64,000 nucleotides of DNA from Cyanophora paradoxa CCMP329 (Eukaryota; Plantae; Glaucophyta), in contig QPMI01000098.1 of the NCBI GenBank assembly GCA_004431415.1, forward strand, positions 1-64,000. The letters run 5' to 3'. Below, in pieces: positions 49,358 to 62,364 of the stretch. A model generated the notes under the pieces. That model was not told the DNA's origin and did no database searches. It saw nothing but the letters and a program-made list of their open reading frames with translations. The translations under genes were made by a program, and so were the position numbers. Numbering within the stretch: position 1 is the first letter of the stretch; every line of letters starts with the position of its first letter.

Positions 49358-50356
49358 TCGCCCTGCTGACCTTCTTGGTCAGCTAGCTAGCTCCGCGGCT
49401 CCGCGCGCGCGCACGCGCGCCATCTTCAGCTGCTCGCGTCATTGCTATCTATGAATCTACTTGCGACCGCCCCAGATCGACCAGACCTACGCGCGCCGCC
49501 CCGCGCGCAGCCGCGCTCGGCGGAGACGGAGGCTCCGAGCCGGGGAGATGGGCGTATGGATCCCCTCCGCTAAAAAGCTGCCCCGAATGCATGCTTGAGA
49601 TGCAAAGGCTGGAAAACGCATTCTTGAACGCCGAGCGCGCAAGTGCCGCGGCGATGCCTGGGGCCAGGCTGATGCTGATGTTCACGGGCCGAGGTTCAGC
49701 TACGAGGCAATAGCAATGGTACTCTGGAGCCGAGCAAATGTCGACTTTCCGGCCGAGCCGGCCGCGGGGAGGTGGCAGCGCTAACGGCTGCGCCGAGAGC
49801 TCGGTCGCGGGGTACGGGCTTGTGTGTGTGGGGCGGGGGGGGGGGGGGGGGGGAGCACAACGTGGAGCGCGCTCAGAGCTGCCAGACGTCGAAGTCGAGC
49901 GGGCGTTCCGAGCGCCATCGCGGCCGCGGCCACCTGGATCTGCCAGCAAACACATCCAGCGCGATACGATGGCGGCGCCTTCATCCTTTCAGGCCTCGCA
50001 GCCCCAGTCACTTTCAGCTCCGACGCGCCTCGCGTGCCATTGGCCTCCGCCTTCAGCAGCCTTCGTACCGACGCGCAAGGCTCCTCGCAGCCTTTCTCCT
50101 CTTGACAAGGACAGCACAGCGCGCCTCCGCGCTCAGCAGCTCGGCGCAGCGCATCCCGCGCACCGCGCCCGGAGTCCCAGACCAGCTAGCTCTCACAACG
50201 CGCGTCACCTTTCGGCACTTCGAACAGTCAGAGCAGCGCATCTAGATCACCGCTTCCAAAGCAGCAGTCGGAGGACGCGCGCGCTCAGCCGATCGACCCT
50301 ACACGTCGGCGCTCCTGCCAACTTCACGGCCGCGCGCTGATCGAAACTCACCGGCG

Positions 50357-53151
50357 ATGTCGAGCATGCGTAGCGCATGGGTGACGCTCTTTGCCCTCGC
50401 GGCGCTCCTGAGCGTCGCGGCGGCGGCTGCGCCCAAGTCCTACATCGTGGTTCGCATCGCCGCCGGCGCCAGCGCGCTGCGCGCTGCGGCCGCGGGGCGC
50501 TGAGGGGCGGCGCGCAGCGATTCACGGACGAGGCGGCTGGCGCTGCCGTCGGGCAGCCGGGGGCGCGGCCGGAGGGCGCGAGCCTGGGGCGGGCGACGGC
50601 GGCGCTGCTGGAGCGGCTGCGGGCGGACGTGGCGGCGCGCCTCGCGAACCTGCCGGCCGCGCAGGCGCCCGTCTTCCAAGTCGCCTTCCAGTACCGCTCG
50701 GTCTTCCCCGGCTTCGCCGCCACGTGCGCCCCCGCACGCCCGCGCCGCGCCGCGCCCGCGCCGCGCTGAGGGCGCGGGGCAGGATGTCGGAGCGTGTGGT
50801 GGAGCTGGTGCGGGGCGCGGCGGAGGTGGCGGAGGTGGAGGAGGACCAGGTGGCGTCGGAGGCGCAGGCGCCCGCCACGCAGAGCGTCCCCTCGGGCCTC
50901 TGGGGCCTCGACCGCATCGACCAGGCCGCCCTCCCCCTCTCCGGCACCTACACCTACACCGCCACCGGCGAGGGCGTCAGCGTGTGCGTACCCGCGCCCC
51001 GCGCCCCGCGCCCGGGCGGCGTCGCGGGGGGCGAGCGGGCGGGGGCAGGTACGTGCTGGACACGGGGATCCTGTACGAGCACGTCGAGTTCGAGGGCCGC
51101 GCCGCCTTCGCCTTCGACGCCTTCGGCGGTCCGCCCCGCCGCCCCAGCGCCGCTGCCCCCGCGCCGAACGCGCCGCCGCCGCCGCAGGGAACGGGAGCGA
51201 CTGCCGCGGGCACGGCACGCACGTCGCCGGCACGATCGGCGGCAAGACGTACGGCGTCGCCAAGAAGGCCAAGCGTGCGCCCCGCCCCCGCCCGCCGCCC
51301 GCCGCGACGCGCCGCCGCCGACGCGGCGGCAGTCTACTCTGTGCGCGTGTTGGGCTGCGACGGGACCGGCTCGTACTCCGGGATCATCGCGGGGGTGGAC
51401 TACGTGCGGACGAACCGCGTCGGGCCGGCCGTCATCTCGATGTCCCTCGGCGGCGGCGTCTCCTCCTCCCTCAACACCGCCATCGCCAAGTGCGCCCCGC
51501 CCCGCCCCGCCCCCGCCCCGCCGGGCCCGACGCGGGGCCGCGCAGCGCGGTGAGCGCGGGGATCGTGGTGTCGGTCTCGGCGGGCAACGACAACGCGACC
51601 GCCTGCTCCAAGTCGCCCGCCTCGGCGCCCTCCGCCATCACCGTCGCCGCCTCCACCCGGTCCGCCCCGCCCCGCCCCGCCCCGCCCCGGCCCCGGCCCC
51701 CGCTGACCCGCAGGCAGCACGGACGCCCGCGCCTCGTACTCCAACTGGGGCAGCTGCGTCGACATCTTCGCCCCCGGGTGCGCCCCCGCGCCCTCGGCCC
51801 CGCCCGCGCTCGGTGCCGGGGGCCGACCCAGCATGCGCGCAGCTCGAGCGTTCTCTCGGCGTACTACACGTCGACCACCGCCACTGCGACCATGTCCGGC
51901 ACCTCCATGGCCTGCCCCCACGGTCCGCCGCCCCGCCCGCCGCGGCGCCGGCCGCCGCTCACGCCGGCGCGCAGTCTCGGGCGTGGCGGCGCTGTACCTG
52001 CAGCGGAACCCGGCGGCCTCGCCGGCGCAGGTCCTCCAGGCCCTCCTCGCCGCCGCCGTGCCCAACAAGATCGCCGACGCGATGGGCGCCCCCAACCTCC
52101 TCCTCTCCGCCCTCTTCCCCGCCCCGCCGGTGAGCCCCCGCCCGCCGGCCCGCCGCGGCCGCGCCTCTGACGGGCGCCCGCGCGCAGCGGCGACGCCGTC
52201 GCCCCTCCCCACGCCGACCGCCGCCCCCGTCGTCACCCCGGCCCCCACCCCGGCCCCCACCGACGCCCCCGCCGCCCCTACCCCGGCCCCGACCGACGCC
52301 CCCGTCGCCCCTACCCCGGCCCCGACCGACGCTCCCGTCGCGCCCACGCCCCTGCCGCTCCCCGTCACCAGTGAGCACGCCGCTGCTGCGCCGCGCCGCC
52401 GCCCTGGCGCGTGCTGACCGCCGGCGCAGCGACCTGCTCCCAAGCGACGGCCGTGGCGGCCTGCGGCGCGCAAGTCGCCGGCTCCATCACGGCCTCGACG
52501 CCCAACCTGCTGCCCAACAGCCAGGCCTCGGGCGAGGCCTACTACACCCTCACCGTCCCCGCCGCCGGGTGCGCCCCGCCCGCCCCACGCCGCCCCGCCT
52601 CTGCGCCCGGCGCACGCTGACGCGGCGCAGCTCGTACACGATCAGCCTGTGCAACCGCGCCGTGTCGCTGGACACGATGATGTACGTCTACGCCGGCTGC
52701 CCGATCTCCGGCCAGGGCCCCGCCGCCCTCGTCGCCTCCGATGGTGCGCCCCGCGCCACGCCCTCAGCCTCGCCGCCGGCCTGACGCCCGCGCGCGCGCA
52801 GACAACGGCTGTGGGGGCGGCTCGAAGCAGTCGCGGCTGACGCTGAGCCTGGAGGCCGGCACGCCGTACACGATCGCCGTGGAGGGCAAGAAGTCGGGCA
52901 CGGGCGCCTTCACGATGGACATCACCGCCAACGCCCCGACCGCCTGCCCCGCCCGCCGCGCCCTCCTCGCCCTGGAGCAGGGCGGCGAGGGGGCCGCCCC
53001 CGCCGCCCGCGGCGCCTCCCTCGCCGCCGGCGCCGTCGGCGGCTTCGTCGGCGTGGCGGCCCTCGCCGCCCTCGCCGTCGCCGCCGCCGTCGCCGCCCGC
53101 CGCCGCCACGCCGCCACGCCCTCTGAGCCCTCTTTCACCTCTCTCGCATAA
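50357..53151 (+). CDS. Subtilisin-family (S8A, proteinase K/aqualysin-like) serine protease: signal peptide, I9 prodomain, PT linker, C-terminal beta domain, TM anchor
   Basis: Signal [25 protein letters not shown]; WGLDRIDQ. Catalytic triad [32 protein letters not shown]; SAGNDN. ([11 protein letters not shown]) repeats; C-terminal [25 protein letters not shown]. Confidence 0.92.
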
Positions 53152-53828
53152 TTTCATTGCTACTCTATCGATCGCTAGGATCGTTCATGTTACGTCCAGA
53201 TTTTTTGAGGCCGACCGCGGCCGGCCGTGTACAGTATATGACTTGCAATTGAGGTTCATTGAGATATTGTACAAATGCGTGTGTCTTGCAAATGTCTGTA
53301 GCTATAGCTAGTTGAGTTATTCAATGATTGTCGATCATCGGATGTGATTCGAATTCAATGACGTCGACTCATGATCATGACTTGATCAATGAGCAATCGC
53401 GAGATGGGATCATGATCATGGCGTGGCCCGTCCGACGGCATCGACAACTGGCAAGCATCAAGCTGGGATAACTACTGACTCATGTTCATTGCATTTGCAA
53501 GCGCTACCGTAGTAAGCTGCAGGCTCACATCACAGCATTTAAATTCGAATTGCAATTGCAATTGGTGGCAGAATATCTCGATCCCTGACCTCGGCCCACG
53601 CCGGGGCTGTCGTACTCCGCTGCAGTGACAGTAGACATTAAGGCTATTCAACAGTGAACTCGCATCGAAGCATCCTCGCCACCGTGGCACGGCGCATCGC
53701 TGAGTCGCCGTGGTACGGATATCGATCCCACGGCCATAGGCATCCCGGCCACGGCCAGCCGCTTGAATGCTAATGAATGCTAATGTTAATTTCAAGAGCG
53801 AGAGCGAAATTCCAAAGAAAGAAAGGGG

Positions 53829-55525
53829 CTAGAGGAGGGACGGGGGCAGGGGCAGGAAGCGCCAGGGCCAAAGGGCGAGGGCGAGCAGGAAGCCGCCGAT
53901 CATGTGCCAGAGGCAGGCCTTCTTCACGGGCTTGCTCGTCGTGCGGCCGGCGCTGAAGTCCTGTACCCCCCGCACCAGCTTCAGCGCGTACGGCGCCGCT
54001 CCGGCCACCGCCAGCAGCACGCGGGCCGGCAGCAGCCGCCCCGCGACGAGCGCCGCCGCCGCCGCGAAGAGGGGGTACACCATCGTCGGGCCGTACACGG
54101 CGCCGGCCTTGTCGAGGCCCAGGCGGACCACAGGCGTCATCTTCCCCGCCGCCTTGTCCCCCTTGACCTGCGAGAGGGGGGGGGGAGAGAGTTCGCCGGG
54201 GGTACTGGAGACGGAGAGGGGTACGGGGGGCGGGCCTGGTGGAAGTGGTGGGCGAAGATGATGGAGGTGACCATGAAGCCGACGAGGACGGAGGCGGCCG
54301 CCGCGGTCGCGCTGAACCTCCCCAGCTGCGCCGTCGACGCCGCCAGCGTCGCGAGCGGCCTGTAGCCCCCCGCAGGCACGTGAGGCCGGGGCGCCGGCGG
54401 GGGGCACGCGCCCCGCGGCGCACCCGAAGGCGAAGAAGGTCATCGGCTCGCCGATGCCCTTGTAAGAGAAGCGGAAGGGCGGGCCCTGGGGGTACCGCTC
54501 AGGAAAAGGGGTCGCGGGGGTACATGGGTACTTGTGAACCGCGGCTCACCTGGTACAGGTACCCGAAGACGACGCCGAGGGCGGCGATCTTGGCGAGGCT
54601 GCGGTTGGGCATCCGCCGGTCCGCCAGCCCCACGCACGCCGCGCCCACCGCGAGGCACGCCAGCGCCGCCGCCTGTGGCCCCCGGGGTACTTGGATGACG
54701 GGGGAAGGGGGGGGGGAGGAAGCGCGAGGGGTAGGGGCGGACCTGAACGGCGGCGGGCTTGCCGGTGAGGTTGACGAAGGAGTCGTGCTTCTCGTTGTCG
54801 ACGCCCGTCTGCGAGTCGTACACGTCGTTGCTCGTGTTCAGCCACGCCTGCGGGGAGTACGGGTTAGCATCGCTCCGGGGCCGGGCGCGGGGGGTACGCT
54901 GCGCGCCTGTAGCATGATCTCGCCGACCATGACGAGAGCGGCCTGGCTCCAGGAGAAGGCGGCGAGGGTGCCGGCCGCCGCCATGTCCCAGCGCGCCGCC
55001 GCCGTCCCGACGAGCACGGGGACCACCGCCGCGGCGTAGATCAGCGGGTTCAGCGCCGAGAACCAGTACTCCTTCTGCGCCCGCCCTCGATCGACCCGCG
55101 CCGGCGCGGCCCGCGCCCGCGGGCCCGGGCGCGGACCTTCGACGCCTTCGGGGCCGGCTCGCCCGCCCCGGCGTCCGCCGCCGAGCACCGGACAGAGAAG
55201 CTACGGCGCTGGCCGAAGCGCAGCGCCAAGGAGCCCGCCTCGGCCGCCAGGCGCGCGCCCGAGGCGAAGAACGCCGACGAGCCAGAGGCCAGCGCCGCCG
55301 GTGCTTCACCGAAGAAGCAGGACCGCCGCCCGGAGGACCGGCAATGCGTAGTGCGCGCTGCGACGAAGTTAGCTCGCGCGTCCAGGGCCGGGGAGGTTCG
55401 CGGGGCTCACTCGGCGGCGCGGGACATGCAGCTGCGGCGGTGGCGAGCGAGCGCGGCGATGGCCTAGCTGTCACGACTCCTGTGCATGCGAACGCTGGCT
55501 CCGGCCGCTGCGCTGGGCCCGCCAT
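53829..55525 (-). CDS. menA: DHNA phytyltransferase (phylloquinone biosynthesis), cyanobacterial type, with putative plastid transit peptide
   Basis: YWFSALNPLIYAAAVVPVLVG; QAWLNTSNDVYDSQTGVD (NDxxD); GYLYQGPPFRFSYKGIGEPMTFFAFG; IIFAHHFHQVKGDKAAGKMTPVVRLG. Ala/Pro/Ser/Arg-rich N-terminal extension. Confidence 0.9.
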
Positions 55526-55708
55526 CCTGATCAAACCGATTCCGAGATCCTACTGTACCCAGCTGGAGGCCTCTTGAACCTCTTCTCCCTCTTCCAGGCC
55601 ACCTCTCGCCTTCAAAGCTAAGCCACGCGCACGAGCGGAATCGTTTCCTAGTGCCGCAGGAGCGGCAGGACCTCAGCCTCCAGCTCGACACTTTGCGGGC
55701 CTGCCGCG

Positions 55709-57509
55709 ATGGAGGCGAGCCAGCGGGCGGCGGTCTCGTTCGCCTGCGGGCTCCTAAAGCCGCCCGCGTTGCCCTGCATCGCGTGGCTGGGGCAGATCGG
55801 CAGCGGGAGAGCGTTGCCGAAGTCTGCGCGGCCGAGGAGGAGAACCGGCGGCCGGCAGAGCTTTCATGGCCGAGCACTTTGCGTACGTAGGACTTTCTCC
55901 GCAAGACCCCGTCGGATCTGCGCATCGGCCGCCGAGCCGCCTTCGCCGGCGCCCGGTTCCGGTCCGGCGGATGCCCCACAGCCTCCCGCCGACGAGGCGC
56001 TCGATTCGTGCGCGTCGCGTACGCGCGCCTTCAATCCATCCAGCTCACGCTCAGCTGGACGCGGGCCGGCTGCAGGAGCACGCCTCGGCCGATGACGCCC
56101 ATGCAGCGCCTCGACAGCTGGGTGGCGGAGCACGAGCACCGCTCTGGATTCGGCAAGTGGCTGCGAAGGCGAGAGAGCGTCGAGCGCCGCGCCGCCGCCG
56201 CGCGCGGCCGACGCGGCCGGCCGCGCGCGCAGGTGGGTCGCCTCGGTGCTGATCGGGGCGCGGGCGGGGGCGATCCTCGTGCGGCGGCGCTTCCGCGTGC
56301 ACCCGCGGAACCTCATGGAGCAGCTCGCCGCCGTGGGGCCCGAGTCGCTCCTGGTCCGCGCGGTCCCCCGTGCCCCGCCCGCTCCACCTCGGCCTCCGCC
56401 TCCGCGTGACCCCGGGGCCCGGGGGCGCGGCAGGTCTCGGTGCTGACGGCGATGTTCACGGGCGGCGTCTTCACCATCCAGGTCGCTCGCGAGTTCATCG
56501 CATTCAAGGTCCAGCGCGCCATCGGTCCGCCCCTCCCGGCTCCTCCGCGTCGAGGATTTGATCGGGGCGCGCAGGGGCGGTGATCGGGCTGGCCCTGGCG
56601 CGGGAGCTGACGCCCGTCCTCACGGCGGTCATCGTCGCCGGGCGCGTCGGCTCCGCCTTCGCCGCCGAGATCGGCACCATGCAGGCGCGCCGCCCCGCGC
56701 TGCGGCACCGTACCCCCACGGGGCGCGAGCCCGCGCGGCAGGTCAGCGAGCAGATCGACGCGCTCGTCGTCCTCCGCACCGACCCCCTCGAGTACCTCGT
56801 GGCGCGTCCCCGTACCCCCCCCCTGCTCTCCCCCCCTCGGGCTCAGCTGAGCCGGGCGACGCCTCAGGTGCCGCGGCTGGTGGCGACGTGCCTGATGCTG
56901 CCGAGCCTCTCCGTCCTCGGCCTCCTCGTCGGCCTCTGGGTCCGCCCCGCCCTCTCAGGCGCCGGCGCCTCCTGGACGCCTCCGACGAGGCCGCCGCGCA
57001 GACGTGCACCTTCATAGCCGGCGCCCTCTACCACATTGTCCGCCTCGCCCCGCCCCGCCCCGGCCCGGCCCGGCCCGGCCCGCGCCGGCCCGAGATGCGA
57101 GGCTTGCGTCCTACGCAGGACGCGTACACGGTGCTCTTCACGTGCCGGCGGGCCCTCTCCCTCATGGACCTCGCCTACATGCTCGTCAAGAGCACCGTCT
57201 TCGGAGCCGTCCGCCCCGCCCCGCTGCGGCCGAGGCCCAGGCTCGGCCTAAGCCTAAGCGGCGGCAGGTGGTGGCGGCGGTCGGGTGCGGCTGGGGCCTG
57301 ACGACGACGGGCGGGGCCAAGGGCGTCGGCGTCTCCACCACCGCCTCCGTGCGCGATCGCGACCGCGGGCGCCGCCCAAGGCCGGGGCCCGACACGCGCG
57401 TGCGCGCCAGGTGGTGACGAGCCTGATGTCCATCTTCGTGTGGAACTTCCTGCTCTCCTGGCTCATGTTCGGCGGCTCCCTTGGCTCTGCCCTCAAGAAC
57501 ATCCTCTAG
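55709..57509 (+). CDS. TGD1: Trigalactosyldiacylglycerol 1 / MlaE-family lipid ABC permease with putative plastid transit peptide
   Basis: [106 protein letters not shown]. Confidence 0.92.
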
Positions 57510-58654
57510 ACCGGTCTGGAGCCCGAGCGGCGCCGCCCGGCCCGCCCCGCCCCGCCGGGCGATCGACCGGCCCAGCGGCCCGCGCCGTGTCACGGTGGAC
57601 GTGTTATGACCATGGCTCGCGCGCCTGTCGCCGACCCGACGACACAGCGCTCGTATCGTTGCTGCTCGGCGGCTCGCAATGTTGACGTGCATATCATAGT
57701 ATGATCATGAATCGAATGGCTACATTTACATGCATGGATCACCGTGCACGTGGCACCGCGGCACCCCATCGAATTAATCCGTTATAATTACAGCATCAAG
57801 CTCCCAGCTGCATGCGCAGCTGCAGGTCGTGCCGACAGCTGGCCACGCATATAGCATGCATATTATAATTATGCATGCATATGGCTGGTTTGAGAAATTG
57901 GCGCCGGCGGTCGAAATAGCTATCGACACACACACATTATTATTCTGTATCTGTTTATCATAGTATTGCAGTATTAACTGGCTATATATAGCTACATATA
58001 TACGAGCACGAGACTCTGAGACTGTAGCTCGTCGACGTCATGCTCCTGATCATGAACCTCAGGCCTCAGGATCATGATCTTGATCAGGGCTAAATGAGTC
58101 ACTGAGTCACTGATCATGAGTCAGGGCCCGGGGCCTCGCGCGAGCTCACTACGAGTCACTATTATACGTACTCAGTGACTACTAGCTATATATAGTAGTA
58201 TCGTACTACGGTAGTACAATGAGATCATGCCACTCATGATCACTAACACTCAATGAGTCAGAGCCTCTAATACTGATCATGAGATGCTGGCATTGTTTAA
58301 CTCTATCTACTACTAGGCTATAGCTATAGCTATAGCTAGACTCTGAGACGTCTTTCGAAACCGAATTCGAAGATATGCCCATTACTACCACGTATGAGGC
58401 AAAGAGTATTGGTCCCGCGGGTGGAATTGCTGGATCATCGGACCCGGGATGAATCCCCAAAAAGACAAAAAAATAAAGAAATCATGGTCGAATCGCCCCA
58501 CCGTGGCACGGCCTGATTATCGGATGCAGGTAACAAATACGCGCATGGCACCAAAAAAGATCTACATCTAGTATTCGCGATCGACGCGGCCGGGATCGCT
58601 CGCCACCCGTGCACGTGACCCTCGCGGATCCGCGGCCGGAGCTCACGATCACGA

Positions 58655-61306
58655 TCACGAGTCGGCGGGGTGGCGATCGGCGCTGGAGCCGGCGGCGCTG
58701 GAGCTCGCCGCGGCCGGGGGGATGTGCTTCAGAACGAACTCCGCCACGCGCTCGAGCACCTGCGCACGTGGACGCCGCCCGCCGCCGGGGGCCCGCCGTC
58801 AACGCCGCCCGCGGCCCGCGGCCCGCGCACCGCGGCCGCCCCGAATCTCGAGCTCAACCCCCGATCGCGACTCCTTTTCTCTCTCTTTCTCTTCCTTCCC
58901 TTTCCTTTCTCTCCGAGCTCGAGCTCGAGTTCGAAATTCCCGGGCCCCGCCCCCGCCGGCGCGAACCTTGCCCCTCTCCTTCTCGTTGTGGACCTCGTGC
59001 TTCATCCCCTCGAAGAGCGCGTACTCCTTGCTCGCCGAGCCTGCGCGAGCCCCGCCCCGGGACGACCGTGAGCGGGGCGGGCCCTCTGGATCTCCGCACC
59101 GGACCGCCTCCGGATCCGATCCGGCGCGGCGCCCGCACCGATTCTGTCGAATAAGGCGCGCGTCGCCGCGGCGCACACGATCTTGTCGTCCCCCGCCTGC
59201 GCCCGTACCCCCGGCCCGGCCCGGGCTCGAGATCTAGAGCGGCGCTCCGGCCAAGGGCGGGGCGGGGCGGGGCGGGGAGTGGCGCCGGCCGACCTGTCCG
59301 ACGAGCACGGGCAGCGTGATCTTCCCTGCGCCCTCCAGCACCTCGGCCTGCCGCCGCCGCAGGATCGCAATCGCCCCCTGCCCCGGAGGGCCCGGCGCCG
59401 GCAGGCACCTGCAGGCGCTCCATCTGCAGGAACCAGCCGACGGTCGCCCTCTTCGCCCGCGCCGCCGACCCCTGCCCGCCCCGCTGGCGTCACCGGCGCT
59501 GCAGGCGCGGCGCTGGGGCGCGCTTGCGGGGCCCCGCGCCTTCTCCCTCAGGATGCGGGCCTGCTCCGCGGGGTCGCTCGTCAGCTCTTCCGGCCGCACG
59601 TTCGAGTCCTGCGAGAACTCGGGGTACACCATCTTCACCAGCCTGCGCGGCGCCGCGTCGGGCGCCGGCGGAGGAGCGCGGCGCAGGGCGAGGCGGGGCC
59701 CGGTGCGGCCCAGATCTGGACGCACGGTGCCATCGCTCGTGCGACGGGGTTGACTGCACGTGCACGGGGCGAGGGTCAGGTTGGGAAAGAAAAAGCTTGA
59801 GGACACGAAGGGAAAAGAATTTAATAAGGACACGAAAGGACGGCATTTATATTGATATTATTATATTATCGAACCTGGGGCCAAGGTCTTGAGCCAGGGG
59901 CACAGGAGGCTGCGAGCGGCGCCGGGCGTCAGCGGCCTCATATCTAGAATCGATATCGCGTGCACGTGCACGGCGGTGCGCGCGCACATGGCGGCGCGGA
60001 ACTCGGGCTGCTGCGACTGCTTCAGGAGCGCCCCCGCCGCGACGAGGCCGCCCATGCTGCGCCCATACGAGCTCGCGATCGCGGCGCCGACGACGACACA
60101 GACCGCGACGCGAGCGCCGGCTCGCAACCGGAGCGCTCACCTGTGCCCTGCGAGCCGAAGGCAGGATTCGAATTAGACGCGTCAGCTCCAAGTGACGGGA
60201 AGGGGCCGGAGCGCGAGAAAAGGGGGCTCGAGCCTAGCAAAGAATGGGACGGGAAATTATGGGCGGGAAATTAAAGAAAGAAAGAGAGGCAGCTTGGGAG
60301 GTCGACGGATGAGCTGGCATTTAAGGAGATGGGCGGGGCGGGGCGGGGTGGGGCGGGGCGGCACCGGCGAGGAAGAAGGGGGTCTGCGCCCCGTAGCGCT
60401 CCTTGAGGAAGGCGTGGAATGCCATCAGGTCCTGCGAGCCGGCGGCGGCGTCGTTCGGATTTATATATATACGCGCCGGCACTCTGGCCATGGGCGCGGG
60501 GCCCCGCTTGCAATTGCAATTGGCCCCCGACGCACGCTGATGTACTGCGCAAGCGGGGAGCGGCGGGCCCCGGGTGAGCTCGGGGGGCGCGGGGTGCAGC
60601 AGCGGGGGGCGGCGGGGAGCACCTCCTGCTTGTCGTTCAGGTGCCCCGAAGAGCCCCTCCACCTGCGGGGAAGGCCGGTTCAGAGGCGGGGGCGCGTGTA
60701 CGTGGCCATGGTTGGTGCCGGGCCGGGGCGGCGCACTCGGCGCCCCATCCGCGCTGGTCAAAGGCGAACACGGCCACGCCGCGGGCCGCGAGGGCCTCCC
60801 CCACGTGCCTCGCGTCCCCTGCCCGCCGGCGCCCCGCAACGTTAACGTCGCCCCTCGGTTCGGGCCCGGCCCGGGAAACAGCGGGGCTGGGCGGGGCGGG
60901 GCGGGCGGCACCGCTGTGGCTGAAGGCGCCGTGGACCCATATGAGCACTGCGCGGCACGGGTTCCCGGACCCAGAGGGAGGGGACCAGCTCCGGTACGGG
61001 AGGGACCTGGGCCGTGAGCATTACGACGTGCCGTGCGCCGGGATCGCACGCGAAGGGCGGCAGCGGGGCGCCGCCCGTGTCGCAGATCGAACGCACTCGT
61101 CCCCTTCCGAATGCGGTCGAAAGTGGCCTAATTTCGCGAGTGGGGGTCAGCAGCGAGAGGGGCGGCAGGCGCGCGGGGAGGGTCAGCGGCTCTCCGGGTC
61201 CGCGACAGGCTCCGACTAAAAACGAGACGCAGCGCTGGCGCTCGAGCTCGCAGCGCGGCTCACCTGCTGTGGACGACACCGCCAGTTTTTGGTTCCCTCC
61301 GAACAT
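58655..61306 (-). CDS. Alpha/beta hydrolase, monoacylglycerol lipase/lysophospholipase (Hydrolase_4) family
   Basis: LIWVHGAFSHSG; VAVFAFDQRGWG; GHLNDKQEYISDL; PFFLAGHSMGGLVA (after splicing); LPVLVGQAGDDKIV; LFEGMKHEVHNE; VLERVAEFVLKH. Confidence 0.88.
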
Positions 61307-62364
61307 CGAAAAAGGCGGCGGCTCACTGCGTGCTGCGTATCTGCAGCTGACCTGTCGCGGCTCGAGCTCCAGTCCGGATCCTCGCGATCGATGCGCCGCG
61401 GTTCGTTGCGCACGCGCGCGCTGGATTGCCAAGTTGAACGCGTACGTCTTGCACTTGCAATATTTTAATTGAACCGGTGGCTGGCCGCGCCGCGCGCGCG
61501 CAGTTGAAGTCTAGCTATATAGGGCCGCTCTAGATCTGCCAGCTGCAGGCAGGTTGAAGCTGTAAACGTAGCTAGCTGTTGCGCGTGCGTTGCCAAGTTG
61601 ACTCTAGATCTGCAGCCGAGGTTGTGCTTGCCGCGGCCGTTAACGTTGCGCTTGACCTGCAATTGCGGCTACGAACTTCAGTTCATGAATTCAGCTGCAG
61701 ATCACGCGCTGCCACGCTGCAGCTGGGCCGGGGCGCGCGCCGCCGCGCTGCAGCTGTAGATCTAGAGGTCGACTCTAGTAGATGCATATGTCGCGGGCCG
61801 GGGGGCCGATCGCACGCGCATGCGCAGTGCCAGGAAGTGCCAGCTGCAGGGGGTCCTTAGGGGGAGCACTACCACTAGTCTACCAGGCTGTGCAAGGCTG
61901 CCACAGCCTGCCAGCAGCTAGCTATAGCCTATAGGGGTGATCATGATCATCGCACCGGGCCAGTCGGACTCTGTCGGACTCCGGGAGGACTCGGAGCCTC
62001 GCAAGCCTGAAGTCGAGTCGACTCATGATCAGCTGATCCGAGCCTGATCGTCGGTCCGTCGACGCGGCAGTGACGTCGACCGTCAGCAAGTTTCTCACTA
62101 CCACGGTAGTACTAGGCTCGTAGTACGTATACCAAGCGCGTCGTACTTTATAAGGAAGCGCGCGCGCGCGCCGCGGGCGCCAACTTGGCGAGTTGACTCC
62201 TTGTACTTCTAGCTACAGCCTTGTACTTCCTGTCAGGCTAGCGTTCTACCCGGCCTATCCGCCATCCCCCCCAGGAGGGTACAAGTCCCCTGCTTCGGCT
62301 CGCCTTACGAACTTCAGGCGCCGGTATCAGGCGTGCGCGGCATCTAAATTTGCAGCGCTCTAGC

